From an uncultured Oscillospiraceae bacterium (lineage in GTDB: Bacteria > Bacillota > Clostridia > Oscillospirales > Oscillospiraceae), in the NCBI GenBank assembly GCA_947585425.1, contig CANPWZ010000001.1:70367-134366 (forward strand): a DNA stretch of 64,000 nt. Reading direction: 5' to 3'. This document shows positions 41,341 through 50,260 of the stretch, piece by piece. Every line of letters begins with the position of its first letter. Positions within the stretch are counted from its first letter, which is position 1. The translations under genes were made by a program, and so were the position numbers. A model generated the notes under the pieces. It was not told where the DNA came from, ran no database searches, and was given only the letters and a program-made list of their open reading frames with translations.

Positions 41341-43170
41341 GTGACCTTTGAGGAGCTGCGGGACAAGGCCCACGCCCTGCCCCTGAAACCGGGCGTCTAC
41401 ATCATGCAGAACGCCAGGAGCGAAGTCATCTACGTGGGCAAGGCCAAGGCCCTGAAAAACCGGGTGAGCCAGTATTTCCAGGACCAGGACCGGCACAACG
41501 CCAAGACCCGGATGATGGTCAGCCAGATCGACCATTTCGACGTGATCGTGGTGAGCTCGGAGTTCGAGGCGCTGGTGCTGGAGTGCTCCCTCATCAAGCG
41601 GCATATGCCCCGGTACAATATCCTCCTGAAGGACAGCAAGGGTTTCCCCTTCATCCGCCTGTCCGTCCAGGAGGAGTACCCCAGGTTCTCCCTGGCCGCC
41701 AAAGAGGCCCGGGACGGGGCCCGCTACTTCGGCCCCTACGGCAGCCGCAGCGCCAGCCACGACGTGATCGACGCCCTCCGCACCGCCTTGAAGCTGCCCT
41801 CCTGCGCCCGGAAGTTCCCCAGGGACATCGGAAAGGAGCGGCCCTGCCTCAACTACCACATGGGAGTGTGCGACGGCTACTGCCGCCCCCAGATGGACCA
41901 GAGCCAGTACCAGGCGGCCATCGGCCAGGCCATCCGGCTGCTGGAGGGCCGGCTGGACGAGGTGGTGGGGGAGCTCACCGCCCAGATGGAGGCGGCCGCC
42001 GAGGAATTGCAATTTGAGAAGGCCGCCCAGCTCCGGGACCGCATCCGGGACTTGCAGGTGCTGTCCACCAAACAGAAGGCGGTGGCCGGGGCCTTTGCCG
42101 ACACCGACGTGGTGGGGTATCACCGGGGAGAGGCCAAGAGCTGCTTCGTGGTGCTCCACTACCTCCGGGGGGAGCTGGCCGCCAAGGACTGGGAGCTGCT
42201 GTCCGTCCCGCTGGAGGAGGACGAGGGGGAGACGGCGGCCGCCCTCACCGCCCAGTACTACACCGCCCGGGGCCATCTGCCCCGGCAGATCTTATTGCCC
42301 CTGGAGTTTGAGGGCAGGGAGGACCTGGCCCGGCTCCTCGCCGAAAACGCGGGCCATAAAGTGGAGCTCCTTGTCCCCCAGCGGGGGGAGAAGGCGGAGC
42401 TCACCCGCATGGCCTGCGAGAACGCCCGGGAGGAGGTCCTCCGGGCCACCACCGCCGAGGAGCGCCGCTCCAAGCTCACCGAGGCGCTGGGGAATCTCCT
42501 GGGGCTGGAGGATCCGCCCCACAGGATCGAGGCCTTCGACATCTCCAACACCGGCAGCGCCGACATCGTGGCCTCCATGACCGTCCACATCGACGGAAAG
42601 CCCCTGAAGCGGGACTACCGGCTGTTCATCCTGAAGGACATGGCCCACGCCGACGACTACGCCTCCATGAAGCAGGTGGTGGAGCGCCGGTTCCGCCGGT
42701 ATCTGGACGGGGACGAGAAGTTTTTCGCCCTGCCCGACCTGCTGCTGATGGACGGCGGCGCGGGCCAGGTGGCCGTGGCGGAGGAGGCCCTGGCGGAGCT
42801 GGGCGTCCGCGTGCCGGTGTTCGGCATGGTGAAGGACGACCGCCACCGCACGAGAGCCCTGGTGGCCGGGGACGGCCGGGAGATCGGCATCCAGCAGAAC
42901 CAGGCCATCTTCGCCATGGTGGGCCGCATCCAGGAGGAGACCCACCGGGCGGCCATCGAGTTCCACCGCAAGCGGCAGCAGGGCCATATGAAGGGCTCCG
43001 CCCTGGACGGCATCCCCGGCGTGGGGCCGAAAAAGAAGGCCGCGCTGCTGAAGGCTTTTAAGAGCGTCAAGGCCATCCGGGCCGCCTCGGCGGAGGAGCT
43101 GGCCGCCGTGGTGGGCCAAAAGACCGCGGAGGCGGTCATCGCCCATTTGAATCCAAAGGCAGAGGAGTGA
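41341..43170 (+). CDS. uvrC: Excinuclease ABC subunit C
   Basis: GIY-YIG (PGVYIMQNARSEVIYVGKAKALKNR), UVR domain (QFEKAAQLRDRI), RNase-H-like domain and C-terminal HhH. GTG start. Confidence 0.95.
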   Translation: MTFEELRDKAHALPLKPGVYIMQNARSEVIYVGKAKALKNRVSQYFQDQDRHNAKTRMMVSQIDHFDVIVVSSEFEALVLECSLIKRHMPRYNILLKDSKGFPFIRLSVQEEYPRFSLAAKEARDGARYFGPYGSRSASHDVIDALRTALKLPSCARKFPRDIGKERPCLNYHMGVCDGYCRPQMDQSQYQAAIGQAIRLLEGRLDEVVGELTAQMEAAAEELQFEKAAQLRDRIRDLQVLSTKQKAVAGAFADTDVVGYHRGEAKSCFVVLHYLRGELAAKDWELLSVPLEEDEGETAAALTAQYYTARGHLPRQILLPLEFEGREDLARLLAENAGHKVELLVPQRGEKAELTRMACENAREEVLRATTAEERRSKLTEALGNLLGLEDPPHRIEAFDISNTGSADIVASMTVHIDGKPLKRDYRLFILKDMAHADDYASMKQVVERRFRRYLDGDEKFFALPDLLLMDGGAGQVAVAEEALAELGVRVPVFGMVKDDRHRTRALVAGDGREIGIQQNQAIFAMVGRIQEETHRAAIEFHRKRQQGHMKGSALDGIPGVGPKKKAALLKAFKSVKAIRAASAEELAAVVGQKTAEAVIAHLNPKAEE

Positions 43171-43176
43171 ACCGCC

Positions 43177-43722
43177 ATGCGCGTCATCACAGGGACCGCC
43201 CGGGGCCGGAGGCTGGAGGAGCTGCCCGGTCTGGACACCCGCCCCACCACCTCCAAGGTGAAGGAGGGGCTGTTCAGCGCCATCCAGTTCGACATCGAGG
43301 GCCGGCGGGTGCTGGACCTGTTCGCCGGCACCGGCCAGCTGGGCATCGAGGCCCTGTCCCGGGGGGCGGCCTGGTGCGACTTTGTGGACAGCAGTCCCGC
43401 CGCCATGAAGATCGTCCGGCGGAACGTGGAAAACTGCGGTCTCTCCGACCGGGCCGGGTTTTATCAGAGGGACTTTTCCGCCTTTCTGGACCGGGCGGGG
43501 AAGGGGTACGGCCTCGTCTTCCTGGACCCGCCCTACGCCTCCGGGGCGCTGGAAAAGGCGCTGGAGCGCATCGCGGCGATTGACATTGTGGCGGGGAATG
43601 GTATAATAGTGTGTGAAAGTCCGGCGGAGAGCACCCTCCCCGAGCTTCCCGATCCCTACGAGAGAGGCCGGGAGTACCGCTACGGAAAGACCAGGGTGAC
43701 ATTGTACCGCAGGAGGGCGTGA
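43177..43722 (+). CDS. rsmD: 16S rRNA (guanine966-N2)-methyltransferase RsmD
   Basis: MRVITGTARGRRL, LDLFAGTGQLGIEALSRGA and FLDPPY motifs. Confidence 0.9.
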   Translation: MRVITGTARGRRLEELPGLDTRPTTSKVKEGLFSAIQFDIEGRRVLDLFAGTGQLGIEALSRGAAWCDFVDSSPAAMKIVRRNVENCGLSDRAGFYQRDFSAFLDRAGKGYGLVFLDPPYASGALEKALERIAAIDIVAGNGIIVCESPAESTLPELPDPYERGREYRYGKTRVTLYRRRA

Positions 43723-43725
43723 GCC

Positions 43726-44220
43726 ATGAAGAGAGCCATTTATCCCGGCAGCTTCGACCCGGTGACTTTGGGGCACCTGAACGTCATCAAGCGGGCCGCC
43801 GCCATGTTCGACGAGCTCATCGTCTGCGTGTGCGTCAACTCCGCCAAGGACCGGGGCCTGTTTTCCGCGGAGGAGCGGGTAGACCTCATCCGCCGGGTCA
43901 CCGAGGAGCTGCCCAACGTGAAGGTGGACTACACCTTCGGCCTGGTGGCCGACTACGCCAAAAAGCACCGGGCCAAAGTGCTGGTGAAGGGGCTGCGGGC
44001 GGTGTCCGACTACGAGTCCGAGATCCAGATGGCCATGATCAACGCCAAGCTCTATAATAAACTGGACACCGTTTTCCTGTACACCAGCCCCAAATACGCC
44101 TACCTGTCCTCCACCGTGGTGAAGGAGATGGCCCGGTACGGCGCCGACCTGTCCGACTTCGTGCCCCGGCAGATCATCGGCGATGTGGAGCGCAAGGTGC
44201 GCAGCAGCCAGGACCCCTGA
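43726..44220 (+). CDS. coaD: Phosphopantetheine adenylyltransferase
   Basis: YPGSFDPVTLGHLNVIKRA, GLRAVSDYE and ISSTVVKE-like (LSSTVVKEM) motifs. Confidence 0.93.
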   Translation: MKRAIYPGSFDPVTLGHLNVIKRAAAMFDELIVCVCVNSAKDRGLFSAEERVDLIRRVTEELPNVKVDYTFGLVADYAKKHRAKVLVKGLRAVSDYESEIQMAMINAKLYNKLDTVFLYTSPKYAYLSSTVVKEMARYGADLSDFVPRQIIGDVERKVRSSQDP

Positions 44221-44262
44221 GCAAACGATTATACATACATTCTATTTAAGGAGAGATGACAA

Positions 44263-44796
44263 ATGGCGACCGGCGTGGATGAATTGATGGATATGCTGTT
44301 CGATATGATCGACGAGGCGAAGAACGCCCCCCTGAGCAGCGGCAAGTGCGTCATCGAGCGGGACAAGGCCCTGGACATCATCGAGGATGTGAAGGCCCAG
44401 TTCCCGGTGGAGCTGGCCGAGGCCAGGAAGATCCTCAACGCCAGGGCCGAGTTCGTGGCCGCCGCCAAGCGGGAGGCCGAGGACATCAAGAAGCGAGCCG
44501 AGCAGGAGGCCACCCAGATGGTCAGCGAGACCGAGGTGGTCAAGCAGGCCCGGCAGAAGGCAAACGAGATCCTCAAGCAGGCGGAGGCCCAGGCCTGGGA
44601 GGTCAAGGACCGGGCCAACAACTACTGCGACAACCTGCTCCTCCGCACCGAGGAGGCCCTGGCCGATGCCCACGCCGAGATGCGCAAGGTCCACAGCGAC
44701 TTCCGCACCGCCATGGACAGCCTGACCCCGCCCGCCCATGTGCAGCAGCAGAGCCAGTCCGGCAGGAAGATCTACGACGCCGAGGCCGACCAGTGA
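44263..44796 (+). CDS. Coiled-coil protein of unknown function (often annotated as ATPase subunit H/b-like in Clostridia)
   Basis: SD AAGGAGAG. Long heptad-rich A/E/K-rich central region. No enzymatic motif. Confidence 0.5.
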   Translation: MATGVDELMDMLFDMIDEAKNAPLSSGKCVIERDKALDIIEDVKAQFPVELAEARKILNARAEFVAAAKREAEDIKKRAEQEATQMVSETEVVKQARQKANEILKQAEAQAWEVKDRANNYCDNLLLRTEEALADAHAEMRKVHSDFRTAMDSLTPPAHVQQQSQSGRKIYDAEADQ

Positions 44797-44826
44797 GCGT
44801 TTCCGCCCCTGTTTGAACGCAGACTG

Positions 44827-44864
44827 GCGCCGCCGCGAAAAATTTTTTCGCGGCGGCGTTTTTT
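44827..44864. terminator. Bidirectional terminator GCGCCGCCGCGAAAAA/TTTTTCGCGGCGGCG followed by a T-run
   Basis: Long perfect inverted repeat, 31 nt after the stop at 44796. Confidence 0.85.
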
Positions 44865-44960
44865 GCGCTTTTACTACATCTTGTGGTGTCCTTGATATGG
44901 GACACAAGACCGTGTATACCAGCCGGGAAAAACGATGAAACATCCGTTTGAATTTATGAA

Positions 44961-44996
44961 ATGCCGGGGTTTTTGAGCAAAACCCCGGCATTTTTG
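44961..44996 (+). terminator. Second intrinsic terminator ATGCCGGGGTTTT-TGAGC-AAAACCCCGGCAT followed by TTTT
   Basis: 13-bp stem and U-tract, about 100 nt after the first terminator and just upstream of the mra promoter. Confidence 0.8.
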
Positions 44997-45009
44997 CGAA
45001 AAAAAGTTC

Positions 45010-45038
45010 TTGCAATTCCCGGCGGGGCAGTGTATACT
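45010..45038 (+). promoter_or_regulatory. Pmra-type promoter TTGCAA - 17 nt - TATACT
   Basis: Hexamers and spacer counted directly. 65 nt upstream of the mraZ ATG. Confidence 0.6.
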
Positions 45039-45048
45039 GAGAGCAGAT

Positions 45049-45094
45049 TGGAGTGAAATGGAGTAATCTCACTGTATTTTGGAGTAGATTGGAG
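45049..45094 (+). promoter_or_regulatory. Four phased direct repeats of TGGAG (spacings 10, 21 and 10 bp): candidate MraZ operator
   Basis: TGGAG at 45049, 45059, 45080 and 45090, each in a (A/T)TTGGAGT-like context, between the -10 and the mraZ SD. Confidence 0.5.
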
Positions 45095-45102
45095 GGAGCG
45101 GT

Positions 45103-45519
45103 ATGACAGGGACATATGAACACAGCCTGGATACCGCCGGCCGTCTGATCGTGCCCTCCAAGCTCCGGGACAAGCTGGGCAAGGTGTTTTACCTGTCCGT
45201 GGGCGTGAAAAAAAACCTGACTCTCTACCCCATGGAGGCGTGGGACAGGCTCCGGGCCCGGGTGTCCGAGCTGTCCACCACCGACGCCGCCAAGATGGAC
45301 GTGTTCTTTGCCTCCGCCCAGCTGTGCGAGGTGGACAAGCAGTGGCGGTTCCAGGTGCCCTCCTATCTGAAGGACTACGCCGGCATCGACCGGGACGTGG
45401 TCATCACCGGCAACAACGACCGGGCCCAGATCTGGAACGCGGAGAGCTGGAGGGAAAAGACCCGCGAGCAGCTCAACCCGGAGAACATCGCCAGCCTGCT
45501 GGAGACCCTGGGGATCTGA
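45103..45519 (+). CDS. mraZ: Transcriptional regulator MraZ
   Basis: Two SpoVT/AbrB-like halves with DTAGRLIVPSKLR and DKQWRFQVPSYL motifs. Confidence 0.93.
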   Translation: MTGTYEHSLDTAGRLIVPSKLRDKLGKVFYLSVGVKKNLTLYPMEAWDRLRARVSELSTTDAAKMDVFFASAQLCEVDKQWRFQVPSYLKDYAGIDRDVVITGNNDRAQIWNAESWREKTREQLNPENIASLLETLGI

Positions 45520-45520
45520 G

Positions 45521-46453
45521 ATGGAATACACCCACAAGCCCGTTTTGCTGGACGAGTGCCTGGAGGGGCTGGACATCCGGCCCGGCGGCGTCTATGTGGA
45601 CGGCACCCTGGGCAGGGCGGGCCATTCCCGGGAGATCGTGAAGCGGCTCACCACCGGGCGGCTCATCGCCGTGGACCGGGACCAGGCCGCCATCGACGCC
45701 GCCCCCGCCCTCTTCGGCCCCCTGATGGACCGGGTCACCCTGGTCCGGGGCAATTTCGGGGGCATCGCCGCCATCCTGGAGCGGCTGGGCGTCCCCCCCG
45801 TGGACGGGATGCTGTTCGACCTGGGGGTTTCCTCCCCCCAGCTGGACGAGGCGGCCCGGGGCTTCTCCTATTTGCAGGACGCCCCGCTGGATATGCGGAT
45901 GGATCGGTCCGCCCCCCTCACGGCTTGGGACGTGGTGAACGGCTGGAGCCGGGAGGAGCTGAGACGCATCCTCTGGGACTACGGGGAGGAGCGGTATGCG
46001 GGACCTGTCGCCGCCGCCATCGTTAAGGCCCGTGAAGGGAAGCCCATTGACACCACTTTGGAGCTGGCGGAGCTCATCAGGAGCGCCATGCCCTCCAAGG
46101 CCAGGAGGGAAAAGCAGCACCCCGCCAAGCGGTCCTTCCAGGCCATCCGCATCGCCGTCAACGACGAGCTGGGCGAGGTGGAGCGGCTGCTGGCCTCCGC
46201 CCTGGATCTGCTGGCCCCCGGCGGGCGGATCGCCGTCATCTCCTTCCATTCCCTGGAGGACCGGCTGGTCAAGACCGCCTTCACCTCCTGGACCCAGGGC
46301 TGCACCTGTCCGCCGGACTTCCCGGTGTGCGTGTGCGGCAAAAAGCCCAGGGCGAAGCTCATCGGCAGAAAGCCCGTCACCGCGGGCGAGGCCGAACTGA
46401 TTGATAATCCCCGCGCCAGAAGCGCGAAGCTGCGCATCGCGGAAAAGCTGTAA
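45521..46453 (+). CDS. rsmH: 16S rRNA (cytosine1402-N4)-methyltransferase RsmH
   Basis: HKPVLLDE, VDGTLGRAGHS, FDLGVSSPQLD and SFHSLEDR motifs. Confidence 0.95.
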   Translation: MEYTHKPVLLDECLEGLDIRPGGVYVDGTLGRAGHSREIVKRLTTGRLIAVDRDQAAIDAAPALFGPLMDRVTLVRGNFGGIAAILERLGVPPVDGMLFDLGVSSPQLDEAARGFSYLQDAPLDMRMDRSAPLTAWDVVNGWSREELRRILWDYGEERYAGPVAAAIVKAREGKPIDTTLELAELIRSAMPSKARREKQHPAKRSFQAIRIAVNDELGEVERLLASALDLLAPGGRIAVISFHSLEDRLVKTAFTSWTQGCTCPPDFPVCVCGKKPRAKLIGRKPVTAGEAELIDNPRARSAKLRIAEKL

Positions 46454-46474
46454 CGAAAAGGAGCGCGCATTCCC

Positions 46475-47062
46475 ATGGCTGACGAGAGAAGGACCCGGAC
46501 CGATCGGGCGGACAGAAGATACCGCACCTATGGCAACGTGGCCTATCAGGCGGAATATGAGCGGGACAATACCGTCCGCCGCGGCGCCGCGCGGCCCGCG
46601 GAGGCCCCTCAGCGCAGGCCGGAGATCGAGCGCCGGCCCCGCATCCAGCCCCGCGAGCGGGTGGCGGCCCGCCCCCTTGTCCGGGTACGGGCGCAGGACG
46701 CCATCGCCCCCTTCTCCGTGGTTGGCTTCGCGGTGGTGCTGGTGTGCGCGCTGCTGCTGGTGGCGGCCACCGCCCAGCTGGCCGTGGTCAACAACGACAT
46801 CGTGGACCTGCGCGCCCAGATGTCCGACCTGCAGGAGGAGGAGCGGCAGCTCCAGGCCCAGTATGAGACGGCCTTCGACCTGGAGGCCATCGAGGAGATG
46901 TTCACCGCCGACGGTTCCATGGTGCGGCCCGGGGCGGGACAGATCGTCTATCTGGATATGTCCGCCGGGGACTCCGTGGTCTACTATGACGGAGCGGGGA
47001 CGGGCCTGTCCGCTCTGATACAGCAGGCGGAGGATCTGCTGGACGGGCTGCTGCCCTGGTGA
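46475..47062 (+). CDS. ftsL: FtsL-like cell division protein (long Arg-rich N-terminus, one TM, coiled coil)
   Basis: TM FSVVGFAVVLVCALLLVAATAQL followed by a leucine-zipper-like segment LRAQMSDLQEEERQLQAQYE. Position after rsmH. Confidence 0.7.
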   Translation: MADERRTRTDRADRRYRTYGNVAYQAEYERDNTVRRGAARPAEAPQRRPEIERRPRIQPRERVAARPLVRVRAQDAIAPFSVVGFAVVLVCALLLVAATAQLAVVNNDIVDLRAQMSDLQEEERQLQAQYETAFDLEAIEEMFTADGSMVRPGAGQIVYLDMSAGDSVVYYDGAGTGLSALIQQAEDLLDGLLPW

Positions 47063-47205
47063 CGCGTTTCAGGCGCATAAACGCCGGGACGGGACCATAG
47101 ACTTAAGACACAACATGAAACGGACAGGAGGGGCGTAAGGAGACTGCGAGGGTTTCTTGCGCCCTTCCGTGCTGGTTTACGGACTTTTTTGCAGGGGGGA
47201 GAGAC

Positions 47206-49665
47206 ATGGAACAGCGGGAGCGGAAGCCCCGGGGCGACCACGGCAGGAGCAACCGAAGCCTGCTGCGGCGCACCATCGTGCTCATGGCCGTGATGGGTGT
47301 GGCGGTGTTCGTCCCCCTGGTGGTGCAGCTTGTGCGGCTGCAGATCGTGCAGTACGACACCTGGAAGCAGCGGGCGGCCAACCAGCAGACCCAGAGCGTG
47401 GCCATCTCCGCCAACCGGGGCACCATTTACGACAGCGAGGGCCGCGCTATGGCCATGTCCGCCACGGTGTACCAGCTCATCCTGTCCCCCCGGGACGTGA
47501 CCGCCCTGGTCAACAAGGACAGCAAGGATTTCAAGGACGCCGAGGGCAATTTCAACGAGGCCGCCTATAACGCCGCCGTCCAGGCAAAGCGGACCACCAT
47601 CGTCAACTGGCTGGTCAGCAATCTCGGCATGGACGAGGAGCGGCTGTGGAAGCGCGTGGAGAAGACCAGCTCCGCCTATGAGGTGCTGGCCACCGAGCTG
47701 GAGGAGGAACAGGCCGAGCTGGTGCGGCAGTTCGTCAGCGACGAAAAACTGGCCAACTCCCTGTACCTGGTCAATTCCAGCAAGCGGTACTACCCCTTTG
47801 CATCCGTGGCCTCCCACGTGCTGGGCTTTATGAACCAGAACGAGACCAGCGGCGACCGAAAGGTGGGCGCCATGGGCATCGAGGCCATCTATGAGGACGC
47901 CCTGTCCGGCGAGCTGGGCCGCCAGGTGTATTCCAAGAACGGCGCCGGCCATGAGATGATGTCCGGCTACGAGATGTATTTCGACGCCGAGAACGGCTAC
48001 GACCTGACCCTCACCATAGACGAGCGGGTGCAGTCCCTGCTGGAGCAGGCGCTGACCGAGGGCATCCAGACCTATGACGTGCAGGCCGGGGCCTTTGCCA
48101 TTGCCATCGACCCCCAGACCGGGGCGGTGTTGGGGATGGCCTCCTCCCCGGAGTTCGACCCCAACGATTATGACGCGATCATCGACCAGGATCTGCTGGA
48201 TCAGATGGCGGCGGCAGCCGAGCAGTACGGCACCGACAGCGAGGAATACAGCGCGGCGTACAAGGCCGCCTATGACGCCCAGATGCGCAACAAGGCCCTG
48301 TCCGACACCTATGAGCCCGGCTCCACCTTCAAGCCCCTGACCGTGGCCATGGCGCTGGAGCAGGGGATCATCTCCCTGGATGACCACTACTACTGCGGCG
48401 GCTCCTACACCGTGGCGGGCCGGTCCATTGCCTGCAGCAAGCGCACCGGCCACGGTGAGCAGACCCTCACCGAGGCGGTGGGAAACTCCTGCAACGTGGC
48501 TATGATGCAGATCGCGGAGAAGATCGGCGCCTCCACCTTCTACGACTATCTGGAGGGCTACGGGCTGAAGGACACCACCGGCATCGACCTGGCGGGGGAG
48601 GGCAAGAGCCTGTTCTGGAGCAGGAGCGATTTTACCGGGCCCTACGGCGCCCAGTCCCTGGCGGTGGCCTCCTTCGGCCAGACCTTCAAGGTCACCCCTG
48701 TCCAAATGATCAGCGCCTTTGCCTCCGTCATCAACGGCGGCCATCTGCTGGAGCCCTATGTGGTGCAGTCCATCCGGGACGACGAGGGCAGGACCGTCTA
48801 CTACCATGAGACCACCGAGGTGCGCCAGACCATCAGCGAGTCGGTGTCGGAGAAGATCCGGGGCATCCTGGAGTACGTGGTGGAGGGCGGCGGCGGCAAA
48901 AACGCCTACCAGGCGGGCTACCGCATCGCCGGAAAGACGGGCACCTCCGAAAAGATCGAGCTGAAGGCCACCGACCCGGACAACGACGACGTGATCTGCT
49001 CCTTCATGGGCTACGCCCCGGCGGACGATCCCAAGGTGCTGGTGCTGCTGGCCTATGACACCCCAAAGCGGTCCTCCCCCCACTCCAACTACACCAAGAA
49101 CGGCACCTACATCAGCGGCGGCAACCTGGCCGCTCCCATGGCGGGCAAGCTGATCGCCAGCATCCTGGACTACATGGGCGTGGAGAAGGAGTACACCGCC
49201 GAGGAGCTGCCCGGCGCGGACGTATCGGTCCGCAATGTCACCGGGATCGAGCTGACCTCAGCCATGAGCCGCCTGAGCGGGCAGGGCCTCACATGGCGCA
49301 CCGTAGGCAGCGGCGCCACCGTGGTGCGGCAGGTGCCCGCGGCCGGCGTGTCCATTCCCGGGGGCTCCGCCGTGGTGCTCTACCTGGGGGACGAGGCCCC
49401 GCCGGAGCAGGTGGAGGTGCCCAGTCTCGCCGGACTGACCCTCGCCGCCGCCAAGACCAGGCTGGAGGAGCTGGGGCTATTTCTGCGGCCCTCGGGCGCG
49501 TCCGGCCTCACCGACCCCGCCGTCAGGGCCATCACCCAGTCCATCGAGGCGGGGACGCCGGTGGCTCCCGGCACGGTGATCGACGTACAGTTTGCCGACA
49601 ATGTGGACGACTACGATGTGGAGAACAACAATGGTACAGCAGGGATCCAGGCCCCAAGTGAATGA
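47206..49665 (+). CDS. Class B penicillin-binding protein (FtsI/SpoVD/PBP2B-like) with two C-terminal PASTA domains
   Basis: N-terminal TM, then transpeptidase motifs STFK (PGSTFKPLT), SxN (SCN) and KTGT (AGKTGTSE). Two PASTA-like repeats after about residue 650. Confidence 0.92.
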   Translation: MEQRERKPRGDHGRSNRSLLRRTIVLMAVMGVAVFVPLVVQLVRLQIVQYDTWKQRAANQQTQSVAISANRGTIYDSEGRAMAMSATVYQLILSPRDVTALVNKDSKDFKDAEGNFNEAAYNAAVQAKRTTIVNWLVSNLGMDEERLWKRVEKTSSAYEVLATELEEEQAELVRQFVSDEKLANSLYLVNSSKRYYPFASVASHVLGFMNQNETSGDRKVGAMGIEAIYEDALSGELGRQVYSKNGAGHEMMSGYEMYFDAENGYDLTLTIDERVQSLLEQALTEGIQTYDVQAGAFAIAIDPQTGAVLGMASSPEFDPNDYDAIIDQDLLDQMAAAAEQYGTDSEEYSAAYKAAYDAQMRNKALSDTYEPGSTFKPLTVAMALEQGIISLDDHYYCGGSYTVAGRSIACSKRTGHGEQTLTEAVGNSCNVAMMQIAEKIGASTFYDYLEGYGLKDTTGIDLAGEGKSLFWSRSDFTGPYGAQSLAVASFGQTFKVTPVQMISAFASVINGGHLLEPYVVQSIRDDEGRTVYYHETTEVRQTISESVSEKIRGILEYVVEGGGGKNAYQAGYRIAGKTGTSEKIELKATDPDNDDVICSFMGYAPADDPKVLVLLAYDTPKRSSPHSNYTKNGTYISGGNLAAPMAGKLIASILDYMGVEKEYTAEELPGADVSVRNVTGIELTSAMSRLSGQGLTWRTVGSGATVVRQVPAAGVSIPGGSAVVLYLGDEAPPEQVEVPSLAGLTLAAAKTRLEELGLFLRPSGASGLTDPAVRAITQSIEAGTPVAPGTVIDVQFADNVDDYDVENNNGTAGIQAPSE

Positions 49666-50203
49666 CGATACGCCCCTGGCGGTGGTGGGACGCGGGGACA
49701 CGCTCACCGCGGAGCTGCTCCGCCGGCTCACCGGGCTGCCGGTGGTGAAGATGACCCCCTGCCAGGCCGCCCGCTCCCAGCGGGAGTGGCGGGCGGTGGT
49801 GGTGGAGAACTACGACCCGCCCGCCTCCCGGGGGCTGTCCGCCTGCGCCGCCGCCCGGTGGCAGCTTGCCCTCCACACGGGGGTCATCGTGGTGGGGCTG
49901 GACGATGCGGAGGGGAGGCGGCTGGCCGCCGCCAGGCGGGGAATGGTATTCACCTATTCCGATGGGCGGCCTCAGGCCGGCCTCACCGCAAAGAACGTCC
50001 GTGTCCGGGACGGGTGGATGGAGTTCGAGGCCCTCACCGACGGGGAGCTGACCCGGGTGCGGGTGCCCTGGACAGGAGAGCCCCGGCTGTACGATCATCT
50101 GGCCGCCCTGGCCGGGGCGCTGGCCCTGGACGTGCCGCTGGAGGAGGCCGCGGCCGTCCTGTCCGAAGCGGGGACGCTCCGGCCCGCGGGCTCCATCGCG
50201 TGA
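49658..50203 (+). CDS. Degenerate Mur-ligase-like protein (about 181 aa) at the murE/murF position; possible pseudogene or pseudoenzyme
   Basis: GTG at 49658 overlaps the PBP stop. LAVVGRGDTLTAELL aligns with the Mur P-loop (xxVTGTNGKTTT) but lacks the Lys. FTYS...AGLTAKNVRV...MEFEA...RVRVPWTGEPRLYDHLAALAGALALDVPLEEAA matches the end of the Mur central domain. No C-terminal domain. Confidence 0.5.
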   Translation: MNDDTPLAVVGRGDTLTAELLRRLTGLPVVKMTPCQAARSQREWRAVVVENYDPPASRGLSACAAARWQLALHTGVIVVGLDDAEGRRLAAARRGMVFTYSDGRPQAGLTAKNVRVRDGWMEFEALTDGELTRVRVPWTGEPRLYDHLAALAGALALDVPLEEAAAVLSEAGTLRPAGSIA

Positions 50204-50260
50204 CCGCGCAGAAGTTTTGAGAGAGAAGAGAAACACAAAGGAAGGCTGTGAAGGTTTGAC

